Positions 30,610 to 40,926 of a stretch of 52,643 nucleotides of DNA are shown piece after piece. Made by a program: the position numbers and the translations under genes. Each line of letters starts with the position of its first letter. Positions within the stretch are counted from its first letter, which is position 1. Under the pieces are notes generated by a model that was not told the origin of the DNA, did no database searches, and saw nothing but the letters and a program-made list of their open reading frames with translations. Source of the DNA: an uncultured Dehalococcoidia bacterium (GTDB lineage: Bacteria > Chloroflexota > Dehalococcoidia > Lucifugimonadales > CAUZEB01); NCBI GenBank assembly GCA_964431885.1, contig CAYSLK010000014.1, forward strand, positions 1 to 52,643, read 5' to 3'.

Positions 30610-30707
30610 GTTTCAACTCTGTACTGACGGAGTTACTCTAATAGCTTATGTCTCTTAATACATTGCGCCACCGTTACAATTGCAACGTAACTAAAGCTAT
30701 ATTGTGT

Positions 30708-31721
30708 TCATACCCCCTGGTCGAAGAGAAATGCCACCAGATCTGCAGTCCTACAACTATACCCCCATTCATTATCGTACCAACCCACGACTTTTATCAT
30801 GTTACCACCCATTGACATGGTAGATAACCCATCGATAATGCAACTATGAGCATTCTGTTTAAAATCACTACTTACAAGAGGTTCTGTTGAATAATCTAAA
30901 ATACCCTTCAGCTCTTCAGTAGATGCTTTCAAATATGCACAGTTGATATCTTCAACAGAAGCGTCTTTACTTAAAACAGCTACAAAATCAGTTACCGACA
31001 CTGTTGATGTTGGCACGCGAAACGCCATTCCATGAATCTTTCCGTTTAATTCCGGTAATACTAAACCCACAGCTTTGGCAGCTCCCGTCGTGGTTGGAAT
31101 AATATTCATGGCCGCAGCTCTGGCTCGGCGTAAATCAGAATGGACCTGATCTAGAATGTTTTGGTCGTTAGTATAGGCATGGATAGTACTCATTAATCCA
31201 CGTTCCACACCAAATTCATCATGTATAACTTTTACCATAGTAGCAAGACAATTCGTTGTACATGAGGCGTTGGAAATAACATTGTGTTTGCCAGCATCAT
31301 AATTCTGCTCGTTTACACCAAGTACAATTGTTATGTCCTCTCCTTTCGCTGGAGCTGATATAACAACTTTCTTGGCCCCACCATTCAGATGACCGGATGC
31401 CCCCTCTGCATCTGTGAAGAACCCGGTAGACTCTATGACTATATCTGCACCATGATCGCCCCACGGCAAATTAGCGGGATCCCTATCCGACATAACCTCT
31501 ATGGTATTGCCATCTATAACAATACTATTGTCCTTTGCTTCGACTTTTCCTGGATAGACCCCGTAATTAGTATCGTATTTAAACATGTGGGCATTCGTTG
31601 CTGTATCAGTCAGATCGTTTACAGCCACTACTTCCAATTTATCCGGATATCGCTCCATAATCGCTCGCAAGACTTGACGACCAATTCTCCCAAACCCGTT
31701 TATACCTACGCCAGATACCAT
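30708..31721 (-). CDS. gap: Type I glyceraldehyde-3-phosphate dehydrogenase
   Basis: [36 protein letters not shown]; ATG 31721 after AAGGAG. Confidence 0.97.
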   Translation of the reverse strand: MVSGVGINGFGRIGRQVLRAIMERYPDKLEVVAVNDLTDTATNAHMFKYDTNYGVYPGKVEAKDNSIVIDGNTIEVMSDRDPANLPWGDHGADIVIESTGFFTDAEGASGHLNGGAKKVVISAPAKGEDITIVLGVNEQNYDAGKHNVISNASCTTNCLATMVKVIHDEFGVERGLMSTIHAYTNDQNILDQVHSDLRRARAAAMNIIPTTTGAAKAVGLVLPELNGKIHGMAFRVPTSTVSVTDFVAVLSKDASVEDINCAYLKASTEELKGILDYSTEPLVSSDFKQNAHSCIIDGLSTMSMGGNMIKVVGWYDNEWGYSCRTADLVAFLFDQGV

Positions 31722-32021
31722 CTTTAGCACTCCTTTTAAATTACACTACGTTTAATGTTAAAGAATAAAACGCGATCCGTTTCTTTTAAACACGGTTAAG
31801 TATTCGAATCTCAGCTAAATCTTTGTTTTCCTATACAGGATAAGGAAACAATTACTTTGAGATAAATCTATTCTATACTGGGATTCCTCGTAGTCTCAAG
31901 TCACCTTTCCGATAGGTCGTTGAAACATCTTGTCTAGACATCGATAACTGTTAGCATATGCCAGATTCTAACAAAATATGATTCATGATACCTGATGCAA
32001 TATTCGTGTTCAAAACCTACA

Positions 32022-33320
32022 TTAAAAATTAAATTTATCGTAAATTTCGCGACCGGCAAATTTGGCCTCATATCCTAATTCCCTCTCGATGCGGAGCAAT
32101 CTATTATATTTCGATGTGCGCTCACTACGAGCAGGTGCACCAGCCTTGATTTGTCCCGCATTAGTACCAACAGCAAGGTCAGCAATTGTAGTATCTTCTG
32201 TTTCACCAGATCGATGGCTTATAATGATGCCCCAATCTGACTCTTTAGCTAGCTTTATCGCTTCCAGCGTCTCTGTAATCGTACCTATCTGATTTGGTTT
32301 TACCAAAAGGGCATTGCATGCATCCAAATCAATGCCCTTTTTTATTAACGCTGTATTAGTAGTTAGTAAATCGTCGCCTACCAATTGCACTTTCTGTCCT
32401 ATTCTTTTTGTCAGAGACTTCCAGTTATGCCAATCTCTCTCGGCCATACCATCCTCTATGCTGATGATCGGGTATTTACTCGTCCATGATTCATACAGAT
32501 TTATGAGTTCTTCTGGAACACAAACTCTCTTCTCATTTTGAAGATTGTACGTGGCATCTTCCATGACGAAAAACTCTGAAGCTGCGACGTCAAGAGCTAT
32601 GAAACATTGTTTCCCAGGTACGTACCCTGCTTTATCAATAGCGTCTACTATAAGTTCTATAGCCTGTTCATTTGAAGAGAGATCAGGTGCGAAACCTCCT
32701 TCATCACCCACAGCGATACTTAGATTTAAAGACGCCAGAAGTTCTTTCAAAGAATGATATATCTCTACACCAGCTCTCAATGAATCCTTAAAACTATCGA
32801 AAGCGACTGGAACAATCATAAATTCTTGGAAATCAATAGAGTTTGTGGAGTGTCTACCTCCATTTATAATATTAAGCATTGGAACAGGTAGCACAAATCC
32901 ACCTTCTTCATGGAATCGTAAGTATAGCGGTTGACGACTACGATTTGCTGCAGCGTGAGCGAATGCCATGGATACGCCAAGAATAGCATTAGCTCCTAGT
33001 TTGCTTTTGTTAATGCTGCCATCTAAATCTATAAGTTTTCTATCTAATGATTCCTGGTCCTTAAGTGGATATCCAACTAATTCTGATGCGATTATTCTGT
33101 TTATGTTTTCTACAGCTCTAAGAACGCCCCGTCCTTGAAAACGTTTAGGGTCCTCATCCCTTAGTTCTAAGGCTTCACCTACTCCGGTACTGGCTCCAGA
33201 AGGGACAAGAGCTCTTCCGTGAACTCCGTTAGAAAGGCTCAACGTTACTTCTAAAGTCGGATTGCCACGGGAATCCAGCACTTCTGTGGAGAAGAGTTTA
33301 GATACAACTTCCAATGTCAA
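32022..33320 (-). CDS. eno: Enolase
   Basis: DSRGNPT, PSGASTG, QEFMI, GDEGG, SIEDG, VGDDL, KPNQIG, SHRSGETED. Confidence 0.97.
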   Translation of the reverse strand: MTLEVVSKLFSTEVLDSRGNPTLEVTLSLSNGVHGRALVPSGASTGVGEALELRDEDPKRFQGRGVLRAVENINRIIASELVGYPLKDQESLDRKLIDLDGSINKSKLGANAILGVSMAFAHAAANRSRQPLYLRFHEEGGFVLPVPMLNIINGGRHSTNSIDFQEFMIVPVAFDSFKDSLRAGVEIYHSLKELLASLNLSIAVGDEGGFAPDLSSNEQAIELIVDAIDKAGYVPGKQCFIALDVAASEFFVMEDATYNLQNEKRVCVPEELINLYESWTSKYPIISIEDGMAERDWHNWKSLTKRIGQKVQLVGDDLLTTNTALIKKGIDLDACNALLVKPNQIGTITETLEAIKLAKESDWGIIISHRSGETEDTTIADLAVGTNAGQIKAGAPARSERTSKYNRLLRIERELGYEAKFAGREIYDKFNF

Positions 33321-33327
33321 ACCTCCG

Positions 33328-33822
33328 TTAAGGCGACATTACATCCATTAAATTCCGTCGCCTAGCTGCATTTATCGCCTTATCAACAGCGTCAACAGGA
33401 TCTGTAGCAACTTGAATAGACTTGTCTTCCACACCGTTACGAGACATTTTCCAAGTCCTCAAACCTATCGTTGGTATATTTTCTGCCAATGCATGGCCAA
33501 TCTCAGAAAGGGTGCCAAAGGCTCCACCAATAGCTATCACAGATCTTCCAGATTTCACAACGATAACATTACGTGCATATTTCAATCCTGTACAAATCGG
33601 GTAATCTACCCATTTATTAGACTGGTTAGGATTATCTCCGGGCAATATTCCTATCGTATTGCCTCCTGTAGCCTTCGCTCCTTTACAAACCGCTTCCATA
33701 ACTCCACCCATACCTCCACATACAACGGTAACACCTCTCTTACCCAATGCTTTACCGACATCTTCCGCTAAAGCATAAATATCAGGTTCAGCATTGCCAC
33801 TGCCGATTACTGAGATTATCAA
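33328..33822 (-). CDS. LOG/SLOG family protein (TIGR00725-like)
   Basis: CGGMGGVMEAVCKGA, TIGILPG, ARNVIVV, GGAFGTLSEI; AGGAGG RBS. Confidence 0.85.
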   Translation of the reverse strand: MIISVIGSGNAEPDIYALAEDVGKALGKRGVTVVCGGMGGVMEAVCKGAKATGGNTIGILPGDNPNQSNKWVDYPICTGLKYARNVIVVKSGRSVIAIGGAFGTLSEIGHALAENIPTIGLRTWKMSRNGVEDKSIQVATDPVDAVDKAINAARRRNLMDVMSP

Positions 33823-34081
33823 TTCCTGTAACCTCCTAACAAAGTACCCGACTGTTGGAATTATAACACCACGATGTAAGGCGGAAAATGGCTCAAATAT
33901 TGAACCTATAAAAAAGATCTGTAATTATACAGATCTGCCATAATTAGTTTTTCTGTCGGGAAAAATGATTATTCGTAACAGTGTATGATAACTTGTGTTT
34001 CCTTAACATGCGTTGTCTTAACCAATACTAATCCTGTAGTAAACTTCTTCTGAGTTTATATCCATACTGGAGGTCTAATAT

Positions 34082-34375
34082 TTGAATGTCGGAATTTGCA
34101 AGATCAAAATACGACTACCAGAGAACCAAACCTTAAAAGGTAAACGCAGCGCAATTAACTCAATTTGTCATCGTATTAGAAATAAATTTAACGTTTCTAT
34201 ATCAATAGTGGATGATCAGGATACCTGGCAATTATCTACTATAGGTATAAGTTACGTGAGTAATGATACACGACAAACCAATAAAATCCTCAATCACGTG
34301 ATAGCCTTCCTTCAATCCGCCCGAGGTGACATAGAGTTTGTTAGTAGCGAACAGGAAACTCTAACGGGTTTTTAA
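34082..34375 (+). CDS. DUF503 (YlxP-like) protein
   Basis: TLKGKRS...RIRNKFNVSI...QDTWQ pattern; GGAGG before TTG. Confidence 0.85.
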   Translation: MNVGICKIKIRLPENQTLKGKRSAINSICHRIRNKFNVSISIVDDQDTWQLSTIGISYVSNDTRQTNKILNHVIAFLQSARGDIEFVSSEQETLTGF

Positions 34376-34462
34376 CTTAAATTTTGACTACACTAATTTT
34401 ACGATTTATTTATGGAAGAGGAATGTAATATATAATCTTAGTCTGTTTGAACCGGGAGTATC

Positions 34463-34843
34463 ATGATGAATCAAAACAACAAAACACCTAGAGATCAAGA
34501 GCGTATCAGATTGTTTTTACACACGGAAGCAATTGCAATCTTAATCACATCTCTCAGTGCATTAAGATCAGAACTAGCACTTGCTGACGAACAAATTAAA
34601 GAACTTCACGCCCCAGAAATAAAAATTCGCATCCCAGATAATCTGTTTCAAAGCTTAGATCCCATTATCGAATCCATATCTACAAGTGTAATGGAACAAA
34701 GTGAACGATATTTTGATGAGAAAAAAGATTTAGAAGGTAAGCAAATATTCCACTCTACAATTCACGAACGCTGGCAATGGCATTCACAACTTATAGAACT
34801 TATGCAGTTGGTTTTGGCAGCAGCATATAGAAAAAACGATTAA
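34463..34843 (+). CDS. Hypothetical helical protein
   Basis: 126-aa ORF, GGGAG RBS, followed by a hairpin; no recognised motif. Confidence 0.65.
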   Translation: MMNQNNKTPRDQERIRLFLHTEAIAILITSLSALRSELALADEQIKELHAPEIKIRIPDNLFQSLDPIIESISTSVMEQSERYFDEKKDLEGKQIFHSTIHERWQWHSQLIELMQLVLAAAYRKND

Positions 34844-34872
34844 GATAACCAATGCTCTTCTTGGGTTATCTT
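34842..34872 (+). terminator. Candidate terminator hairpin
   Basis: AAGATAACC...GGTTATCTT 9-bp inverted repeat at the stop of the 34463 ORF. Confidence 0.45.
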
Positions 34873-35050
34873 GTCTCTCGTTCAGCACATTTTTACAGAT
34901 GTTTTATCAACCTTTTAACGTCACATAACTTTTAATCGTAATACCACTCATTGCACCTGATTCCTTATTACTAAGATCATATATATTTGATATCCCTAAT
35001 TCGAACTTTCCGACATAACTATGAGCTTTAATAACTAAACTATAATCCGA

Positions 35051-35079
35051 TTGACTCGCTGTAAAACTTATGATAAGTT
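35051..35079 (+). promoter_or_regulatory. Candidate sigma70 promoter of the selenoprotein gene
   Basis: TTGACT-N17-TAAGTT with an extended TG motif before the -10. Confidence 0.45.
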
Positions 35080-35178
35080 CCAGACAAGTAAGAAATACTC
35101 CATGTGTAAGTCTTACACGCTAATCATGAGAGATTGTTTTCAGTTTTATGAGATTGTTAACTAACTGAGGAGGAAAAT

Positions 35179-35466
35179 ATGGCTACCGGTGAAGGTAAAT
35201 TTGAAGTAGAAATTATTTACTGCGTCCCTTGAGCTCATCTTGGTACGGCGGTCTGGATGGCCTCCGAGATCTTCGCTGAAGGCGGAAAGGATATAGCCAT
35301 GAGGATTACTCCTGGTACAGCTGGAATACTACAGGTTTTTATAGACGGTGACAAAGCATATGATAAGTTAGAAGAAGACGGACAATTCCCGACACTACCG
35401 CGAGTTAAGGAAATACGTGCTCTTGTTAGAGCAAAACTGGATTCTCTTTCATCGAATGCTGATTGA
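35179..35466 (+). CDS. SelW/SelT/SelH (Rdx) family selenoprotein, CxxU motif, 95 aa
   Basis: GAGGAGG RBS, ATG 35179, MATGEGKFEVEIIYCVP-TGA(35230-35232)-AHLGTAVW, in frame with track ORF 35257..35466 (TPGTAGILQVFIDG...GQFP). Confidence 0.9.
35237..35270 (+). promoter_or_regulatory. Putative bacterial SECIS hairpin
   Basis: ATCTTGG/CCGAGAT outer stem, GGC/GCC inner stem, G-containing apical loop about 20-24 nt 3' of the UGA. Confidence 0.6.
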
Positions 35467-35484
35467 AATTTAGCTTTAATATAG

Positions 35485-35527
35485 AAATAAAAAGCTCTAG
35501 GCTGATCCAGCCTAGAGCTTTTTATTT
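35485..35527. terminator. Intrinsic terminator (potentially bidirectional)
   Basis: Perfect 20-bp inverted repeat AAATAAAAAGCTCTAGGCTG-ATC-CAGCCTAGAGCTTTTTATTT. Confidence 0.88.
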
Positions 35528-35588
35528 GCTCTCATTCGTCTCATTATCACAATTTTCAAATAACAAACCCTGAAGATGAGGTGGTCTC

Positions 35589-37967
35589 TTGGGCGCCCTA
35601 AACGGTATTACTGTTCTGGATACTACCGATAATATGTCAGGTGCGATAGCTACGATGCTATTATGTGACAACGGGGCTAGAGTTATACATGCAGAAATCG
35701 ACCCTCGCCCTAACTCAAGGGCCGCTCCAAAATATGCAATTTGGGACAGGGGTAAAGAAAAGCTCCATTTGAAGGATTTACATAATAGCCTCAAGGGTGC
35801 TAAACACGGTCAAGTAAGCCTAACCAGACTTTTTTACCAGTTGGTTAAAAGCATTGATGTTTTGGTTACTGACTCAACGGCACCCTTGCATTCTATAATA
35901 GATATCAACTACCAGAAGCTTTCAGCTATTAATCCTCAGTTAATTTATTGCTCTATAACTTCATATGGCGAGAAAGGACCCATACGACATGACTTATCGC
36001 TAGATGACCTAGTTATGGCTCGGACGGGTATTTTATCGTCACAACCCTCCTTTCGGCCAGGTCCTGTACATGTAATCCATCCCTTACCTAGCATAGGGGC
36101 TTCTCTGTGGGCATCCATAGGAATCTCAGCTGCTCTATATGCCCGAGAAAGAACGGGTCTGGGAAGGAACGTAGAAACTTCCCTTATGGCAGGAGCCTTG
36201 ATGTTCTCACCCAAAACGCTCGGTGAACATCTACCAGATTTCTTTTTCCCTAATTCCCCGGCAGGAGGTGGACCTTTCTATAGCTTATATGAATGTGCAG
36301 ACGGAGAATGGATTCACTTAGGCTGTATCCATGGAGGGTTTATTGATGTTGCGATATCAGTCATGGGCATAGCTCATTTAATGACAGAACCTAGATTCGG
36401 CGAGGGAAGGGATCCGGATTCCGAAGACTCTAGACGAGAACTGTTTGAAATAGTCAGAGAGGTCATAAAGACTAAGTCGTTCAACGAATGGGAAGCCTTA
36501 TTTGAAGATGCTGATGTTCCATTTGCCAAAGCATGCACAACAGACGAAAGTATGGACAATCCTCAAGTTCAATTTAATGATATGGTCGTAAAAATAAAGG
36601 ATCCAATGCTTGGGGATATGCTGCAAATGGGCAATCCGATTAAATTTAGCGAATCACCCGGTGACATTAGAAATGGCAGACTTTTACCTAATAAGCAGAC
36701 ATTGGAGGATCTTTCAAAGGCTATCTCAATTAAAAACATCCCTAGCAGTAAGACTAATAAGATTAGAGGAGATCAACTTCCAGCCCCTTTAGAAGGGGTA
36801 AATGTAGTCGAGCTAACTAATGTAATTTCTGGGCCGATGGCAGGCAAAATTTTAGCAGATATGGGTGCTAACTGTATCAAAGTGGAACCTCCTTATGGTG
36901 ACATTTCGCGTGCAGGCGGATCTGAGTTTTTCATCCATCTGAATTCCAATAAACGTTCCATTTGCTTGGATGCGAAGACCGATTCTGGAAAAGACGTATT
37001 ACAAAAGTTAGTTTCCAAGGCAGATGTTATCCTTGATAACATGCGTCCGGGCACTGCAAGTCGTCTGGGTGTTGGACATGAATCGATAGCGAAGCTTAAT
37101 CCTAAGATAATTGAAACTCACATCACCGGGTATGGCTCATATGGACCATATTCTCAAAGACCGGGTGTTGACCCTCTGGCCCAAGCACTAATGGGGCTGC
37201 ATAGAGCCCAAGGAGGAACAGAAAACCCGCCCGTCTTTTTGGGAAAACTAGCACCTACTGACTTTGCTTCGGGATCACTCGGAGCCCTAGGTACCGTCAT
37301 GGCTCTGTTTTATAGAGAGAGGACAGGAACTGGTCAATCAGTGGAAACCAATCTTTTAAATGCCGGAATATTACTTAGTTCAGAGAGTTTCAGCAGATAC
37401 GAAGGGAAGCCAGAGAGAATTCTTGCAGACAGAGGTCAGCACGGACTCGGTGCTTTACATCGCCTGTACCAAACAAATGATGGTTGGATTTACATGATCG
37501 CAAGTTCGGAAAAAGAATTATTGGCCCTGTCTGAGATTATTAGCTTAGATAAATCATCGAAGAAGTACAACCTTCCCGATTTCAAAAATTTGGCGGATTT
37601 AGGCACCACCTTAACTCAAAAACTGTCTGATATATTTCGCGGTTACAACTCCAATGACTGCTTGCAATTGCTGCACGACGCTGGAGTTCCTTGTGCACCC
37701 GTCATTTCCAACTATGGGATAGGATTTTTTTCTGACCCTCAGGCAATCTCAAACAACATGATTATAGAACATCATCACAGAACGTTCGGCAAGCTTAGAC
37801 TCTCACATAATCTGATCGTCTTTGGAGCTACGAAGGAGATATGTGCTAAACCAACACCACTTCTCGGAGAACATTCCGCAGAGATATTAGAGGAATCAGG
37901 ATTCTCCGATATCACAATCAATAGGATGTTCGCAAATAAAACAATAAAAACAGATTACACTTACTAA
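35589..37967 (+). CDS. Family III CoA-transferase (CaiB/BaiF) with two fused domains
   Basis: 792 aa; two copies of L.G..V....GA..I..E.P, NP..I...IT.YG..GP; NSNKRSICLD, DNMRPG, PLLGEHS. Confidence 0.9.
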   Translation: MGALNGITVLDTTDNMSGAIATMLLCDNGARVIHAEIDPRPNSRAAPKYAIWDRGKEKLHLKDLHNSLKGAKHGQVSLTRLFYQLVKSIDVLVTDSTAPLHSIIDINYQKLSAINPQLIYCSITSYGEKGPIRHDLSLDDLVMARTGILSSQPSFRPGPVHVIHPLPSIGASLWASIGISAALYARERTGLGRNVETSLMAGALMFSPKTLGEHLPDFFFPNSPAGGGPFYSLYECADGEWIHLGCIHGGFIDVAISVMGIAHLMTEPRFGEGRDPDSEDSRRELFEIVREVIKTKSFNEWEALFEDADVPFAKACTTDESMDNPQVQFNDMVVKIKDPMLGDMLQMGNPIKFSESPGDIRNGRLLPNKQTLEDLSKAISIKNIPSSKTNKIRGDQLPAPLEGVNVVELTNVISGPMAGKILADMGANCIKVEPPYGDISRAGGSEFFIHLNSNKRSICLDAKTDSGKDVLQKLVSKADVILDNMRPGTASRLGVGHESIAKLNPKIIETHITGYGSYGPYSQRPGVDPLAQALMGLHRAQGGTENPPVFLGKLAPTDFASGSLGALGTVMALFYRERTGTGQSVETNLLNAGILLSSESFSRYEGKPERILADRGQHGLGALHRLYQTNDGWIYMIASSEKELLALSEIISLDKSSKKYNLPDFKNLADLGTTLTQKLSDIFRGYNSNDCLQLLHDAGVPCAPVISNYGIGFFSDPQAISNNMIIEHHHRTFGKLRLSHNLIVFGATKEICAKPTPLLGEHSAEILEESGFSDITINRMFANKTIKTDYTY

Positions 37968-38046
37968 TAGCTGTCAATAGGCTACTAACTATCGATAACT
38001 GGATGCTTATCCTAGATATTCTAACCGCTAGAAGAATTGACTTTAA

Positions 38047-40926
38047 TTGGATAAAAACGTGACATCAGACGAGCAAAATAGAGATATCATAGCTCCTGCC
38101 AAACTTCCACTGGTTTTATTAGGTATTGCTATAATTCTTGTAATAGTATCGCAAATACTTGTGCGTCACTTCGCTCCCGCTTGGGTAATAACACCTCTTG
38201 TAGTCGCTGCAATACTTGTTTCATTAGTTGTTTCGGGAAAGAAGTATCGCGAATTAGACAAAATTAACACCATCAGCGATCGAATCACCTATTCTAAACC
38301 TAATAAATCCAGAATGTTGGAAAACAAACTCGGACTAGTATTTACTTCTCTGGGCGCGCTCTTCTTACTCATTTCACTTTCTCGGTTTCCCGTAGGGCCA
38401 CCCTACATCTTAAGTTGGTTATGCTACAGCGTGGCTATGGCATGTATCCTCCTTAGTCTCCCAACATTTGACGGAGGCTGGACTAAATTCATTAGATATA
38501 TTTCACAGGGGAAAGTTATCACCCTTAATCTTAAAGACCTTCCAATTTGGGTTGCATTTGGGCTGATATTATCTGTGGCCTTAGCACTCAGACTTTACGG
38601 ACTTCAAGATCTTCCGGCGGGTTTTTGGTATGACGAAGCCGCGAATTTAAGTATCGCACAGCAAATACAAGAAGACCCAAGTTCCACACCCGTATTCTCT
38701 AGAGTTATTCCAATATTTTATCTCGTTCCCACAGCCATCCTTATTAGCATATTAGACGTCACACCATCTTCAATACGGGTAATCAGTGTGGCTTTCTCTA
38801 TCTCTGGAATAGTCTCTTTATTTCTCCTCGCAAGATTCATATTAGGTACCTATCCGGCATTACTTTCGGCCTTGATATTGAGTGTAATGAGATGGGACAT
38901 TAACTTTAGTAGAATTGGTATGGCCCCAATAACAATGACCTTTACTACAACCTTGGCGGCCTATCTCACCCTAAGGGCTCTAGAGAGAGGACGTGTTTCT
39001 GGCTATGGATACGCAGGAGCTTCATTGGGCTTCGGGTTTTGGTTTTACAGTTCTTTCTACATTTTCCCCATTGTAATTGGATGCATTGTAATTCACCATA
39101 TCTTCACTAAACGTCCTGAAATCAAGCCCTTTGTAGGTAAATTAACTTTTATGATCACAATGGCCATATGTATAGGGGCCCCAGTTGCCCAATATGCTGT
39201 CCTTAACCCAGATTCCTTTTTCTCAAGAGTCGAATCCACCAGTGTGTTTACAGAAGGTCCCGTGAAAGAAAGCTTAGTTGATATTAAATCCGGCTTTATG
39301 AAACATGCTCTGATGTTTCATTCAAGAGGCGATCCCAATCCCCGGCACAACCTACCAGGATCCCCCATGCTTGATTTTGTTTCGGGAACTCTCTTTATCC
39401 TAGGTCTAATTGTCGCCATATTGAAATGGAGAAATATCGGCCTATTCTGTCTCCCATTGTGGCTTTTTATAATGATCCTGCCTGGGGTACTAACCATCCC
39501 AGGGGAAGCTCCTCAAGCCCTGAGGTCTATAGGCGTTACTCCAGCTGTAGCTATACTTATCGCGATAGCCATCTATACCATATGGTTAACAGGACGTTCC
39601 GCCGAATGGATTATTGTAAGGAAAGCAACTCCTTTTATAACCATCTTATTTCTGGGAGTTATTGCAGTGAGTAACATTAACACTTATTTTCATACCCAAG
39701 CTAATCATCCTGATGTATTCTCATTATTTAGTACTGATGAAACATTGATCGGAGAACACATGCTGGAATTACAGCAAAAGGGTTACAGCATGCTAGTTTC
39801 TGGTCAATTCCAACACAGCCTAAACAGATCACTGTTTGCAAATGAACCACGTGTCGATGTGATTAAAGGACCTGAATCGATACCAATTCACACAAGCTCG
39901 GTTTGGTTGGGAGCATCTGTCTATCTGGAACCCAGAGAGGAAAATCTCTATCATCTTCTACAACTTTATTATCCTGACGCACAATTTAGGGAAATTCGTC
40001 CGCCTAACGGAAAGGATATTTTATTCTATTCAGCAGTTATTAGCAGAGAACAACTTGAAGCAAGACAAGGATTAACAGCCATATATACTTTCCGCGACAA
40101 CTCTGTTAAAGAAATGATACAAAGAAATACGGAGGCTATTTGGCTTACTGAATTCAAATCGGAAGACATGCCTATTAGTCTATTATGGAAGGGTTCCATA
40201 CATATTAACACTCCTGGTGAATACTCATTCATTCTAGAAGGAACAGCCGATGTCGATGTCATTCTAAACGGTAGAAAACTTCTGGATAAGCGAAAAAGTA
40301 TCGCCCATATCAAGCCTGCTATCGGCCTTCACTCAATACTTGTGACAGGACGCTTACATACTAACAATGACCGTTTTAGAGTACTCTGGCACCCACCAAA
40401 TGGCGAAGTCACAGCTATCCCGACTGAACATCTCTATCATGGCACGATTCGCCCAATGGGCTTATCTGGACGGTTTTACACTCTGCAGGGAGATTCTACG
40501 GCCGCTCTCAACTTGATTACAACGAAAGTTCCAGACGCCACCGTCCTGACACCATCCATGGATGCATTCTGGTATACCCCTGTAGTCTCTACCCCTTACA
40601 TTGCAACCTGGGAAGGCTCATTAAACGTTAATAAAAGCGGTGTTTATACATTTCAGGTTAATGGCACTGGAAAGATAAAGTTGACCATAGACGGGTTCAT
40701 TAATTTGGAACATCCTCCAACAAATAGCATTGCATCAGAAAAAAGATTGACTTTAAAAGCAGGTGAGCACCAAATACGAGTAGATTACACTTCTCTTAGC
40801 CCGCCATCTCGTTTCGAAATTTTATGGGCTAAGTCAAATGAAGAATTAAAACCCATACCCATCAGAGACCTCTCACCCAACTTAGACCACTTATTCAGTA
40901 TACTGGAAAGTCGGGCAAAGGATTAA
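38047..40926 (+). CDS. GT-C (PMT/ArnT-like) membrane glycosyltransferase with C-terminal PA14-like domains
   Basis: LALRLYGL...GFWYDEA, INFSRIG, RGDPNPRHNLPG, many TM segments; two WxGxxxxxxxGxYxF beta-rich repeats at the C-terminus. Confidence 0.8.
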   Translation: MDKNVTSDEQNRDIIAPAKLPLVLLGIAIILVIVSQILVRHFAPAWVITPLVVAAILVSLVVSGKKYRELDKINTISDRITYSKPNKSRMLENKLGLVFTSLGALFLLISLSRFPVGPPYILSWLCYSVAMACILLSLPTFDGGWTKFIRYISQGKVITLNLKDLPIWVAFGLILSVALALRLYGLQDLPAGFWYDEAANLSIAQQIQEDPSSTPVFSRVIPIFYLVPTAILISILDVTPSSIRVISVAFSISGIVSLFLLARFILGTYPALLSALILSVMRWDINFSRIGMAPITMTFTTTLAAYLTLRALERGRVSGYGYAGASLGFGFWFYSSFYIFPIVIGCIVIHHIFTKRPEIKPFVGKLTFMITMAICIGAPVAQYAVLNPDSFFSRVESTSVFTEGPVKESLVDIKSGFMKHALMFHSRGDPNPRHNLPGSPMLDFVSGTLFILGLIVAILKWRNIGLFCLPLWLFIMILPGVLTIPGEAPQALRSIGVTPAVAILIAIAIYTIWLTGRSAEWIIVRKATPFITILFLGVIAVSNINTYFHTQANHPDVFSLFSTDETLIGEHMLELQQKGYSMLVSGQFQHSLNRSLFANEPRVDVIKGPESIPIHTSSVWLGASVYLEPREENLYHLLQLYYPDAQFREIRPPNGKDILFYSAVISREQLEARQGLTAIYTFRDNSVKEMIQRNTEAIWLTEFKSEDMPISLLWKGSIHINTPGEYSFILEGTADVDVILNGRKLLDKRKSIAHIKPAIGLHSILVTGRLHTNNDRFRVLWHPPNGEVTAIPTEHLYHGTIRPMGLSGRFYTLQGDSTAALNLITTKVPDATVLTPSMDAFWYTPVVSTPYIATWEGSLNVNKSGVYTFQVNGTGKIKLTIDGFINLEHPPTNSIASEKRLTLKAGEHQIRVDYTSLSPPSRFEILWAKSNEELKPIPIRDLSPNLDHLFSILESRAKD

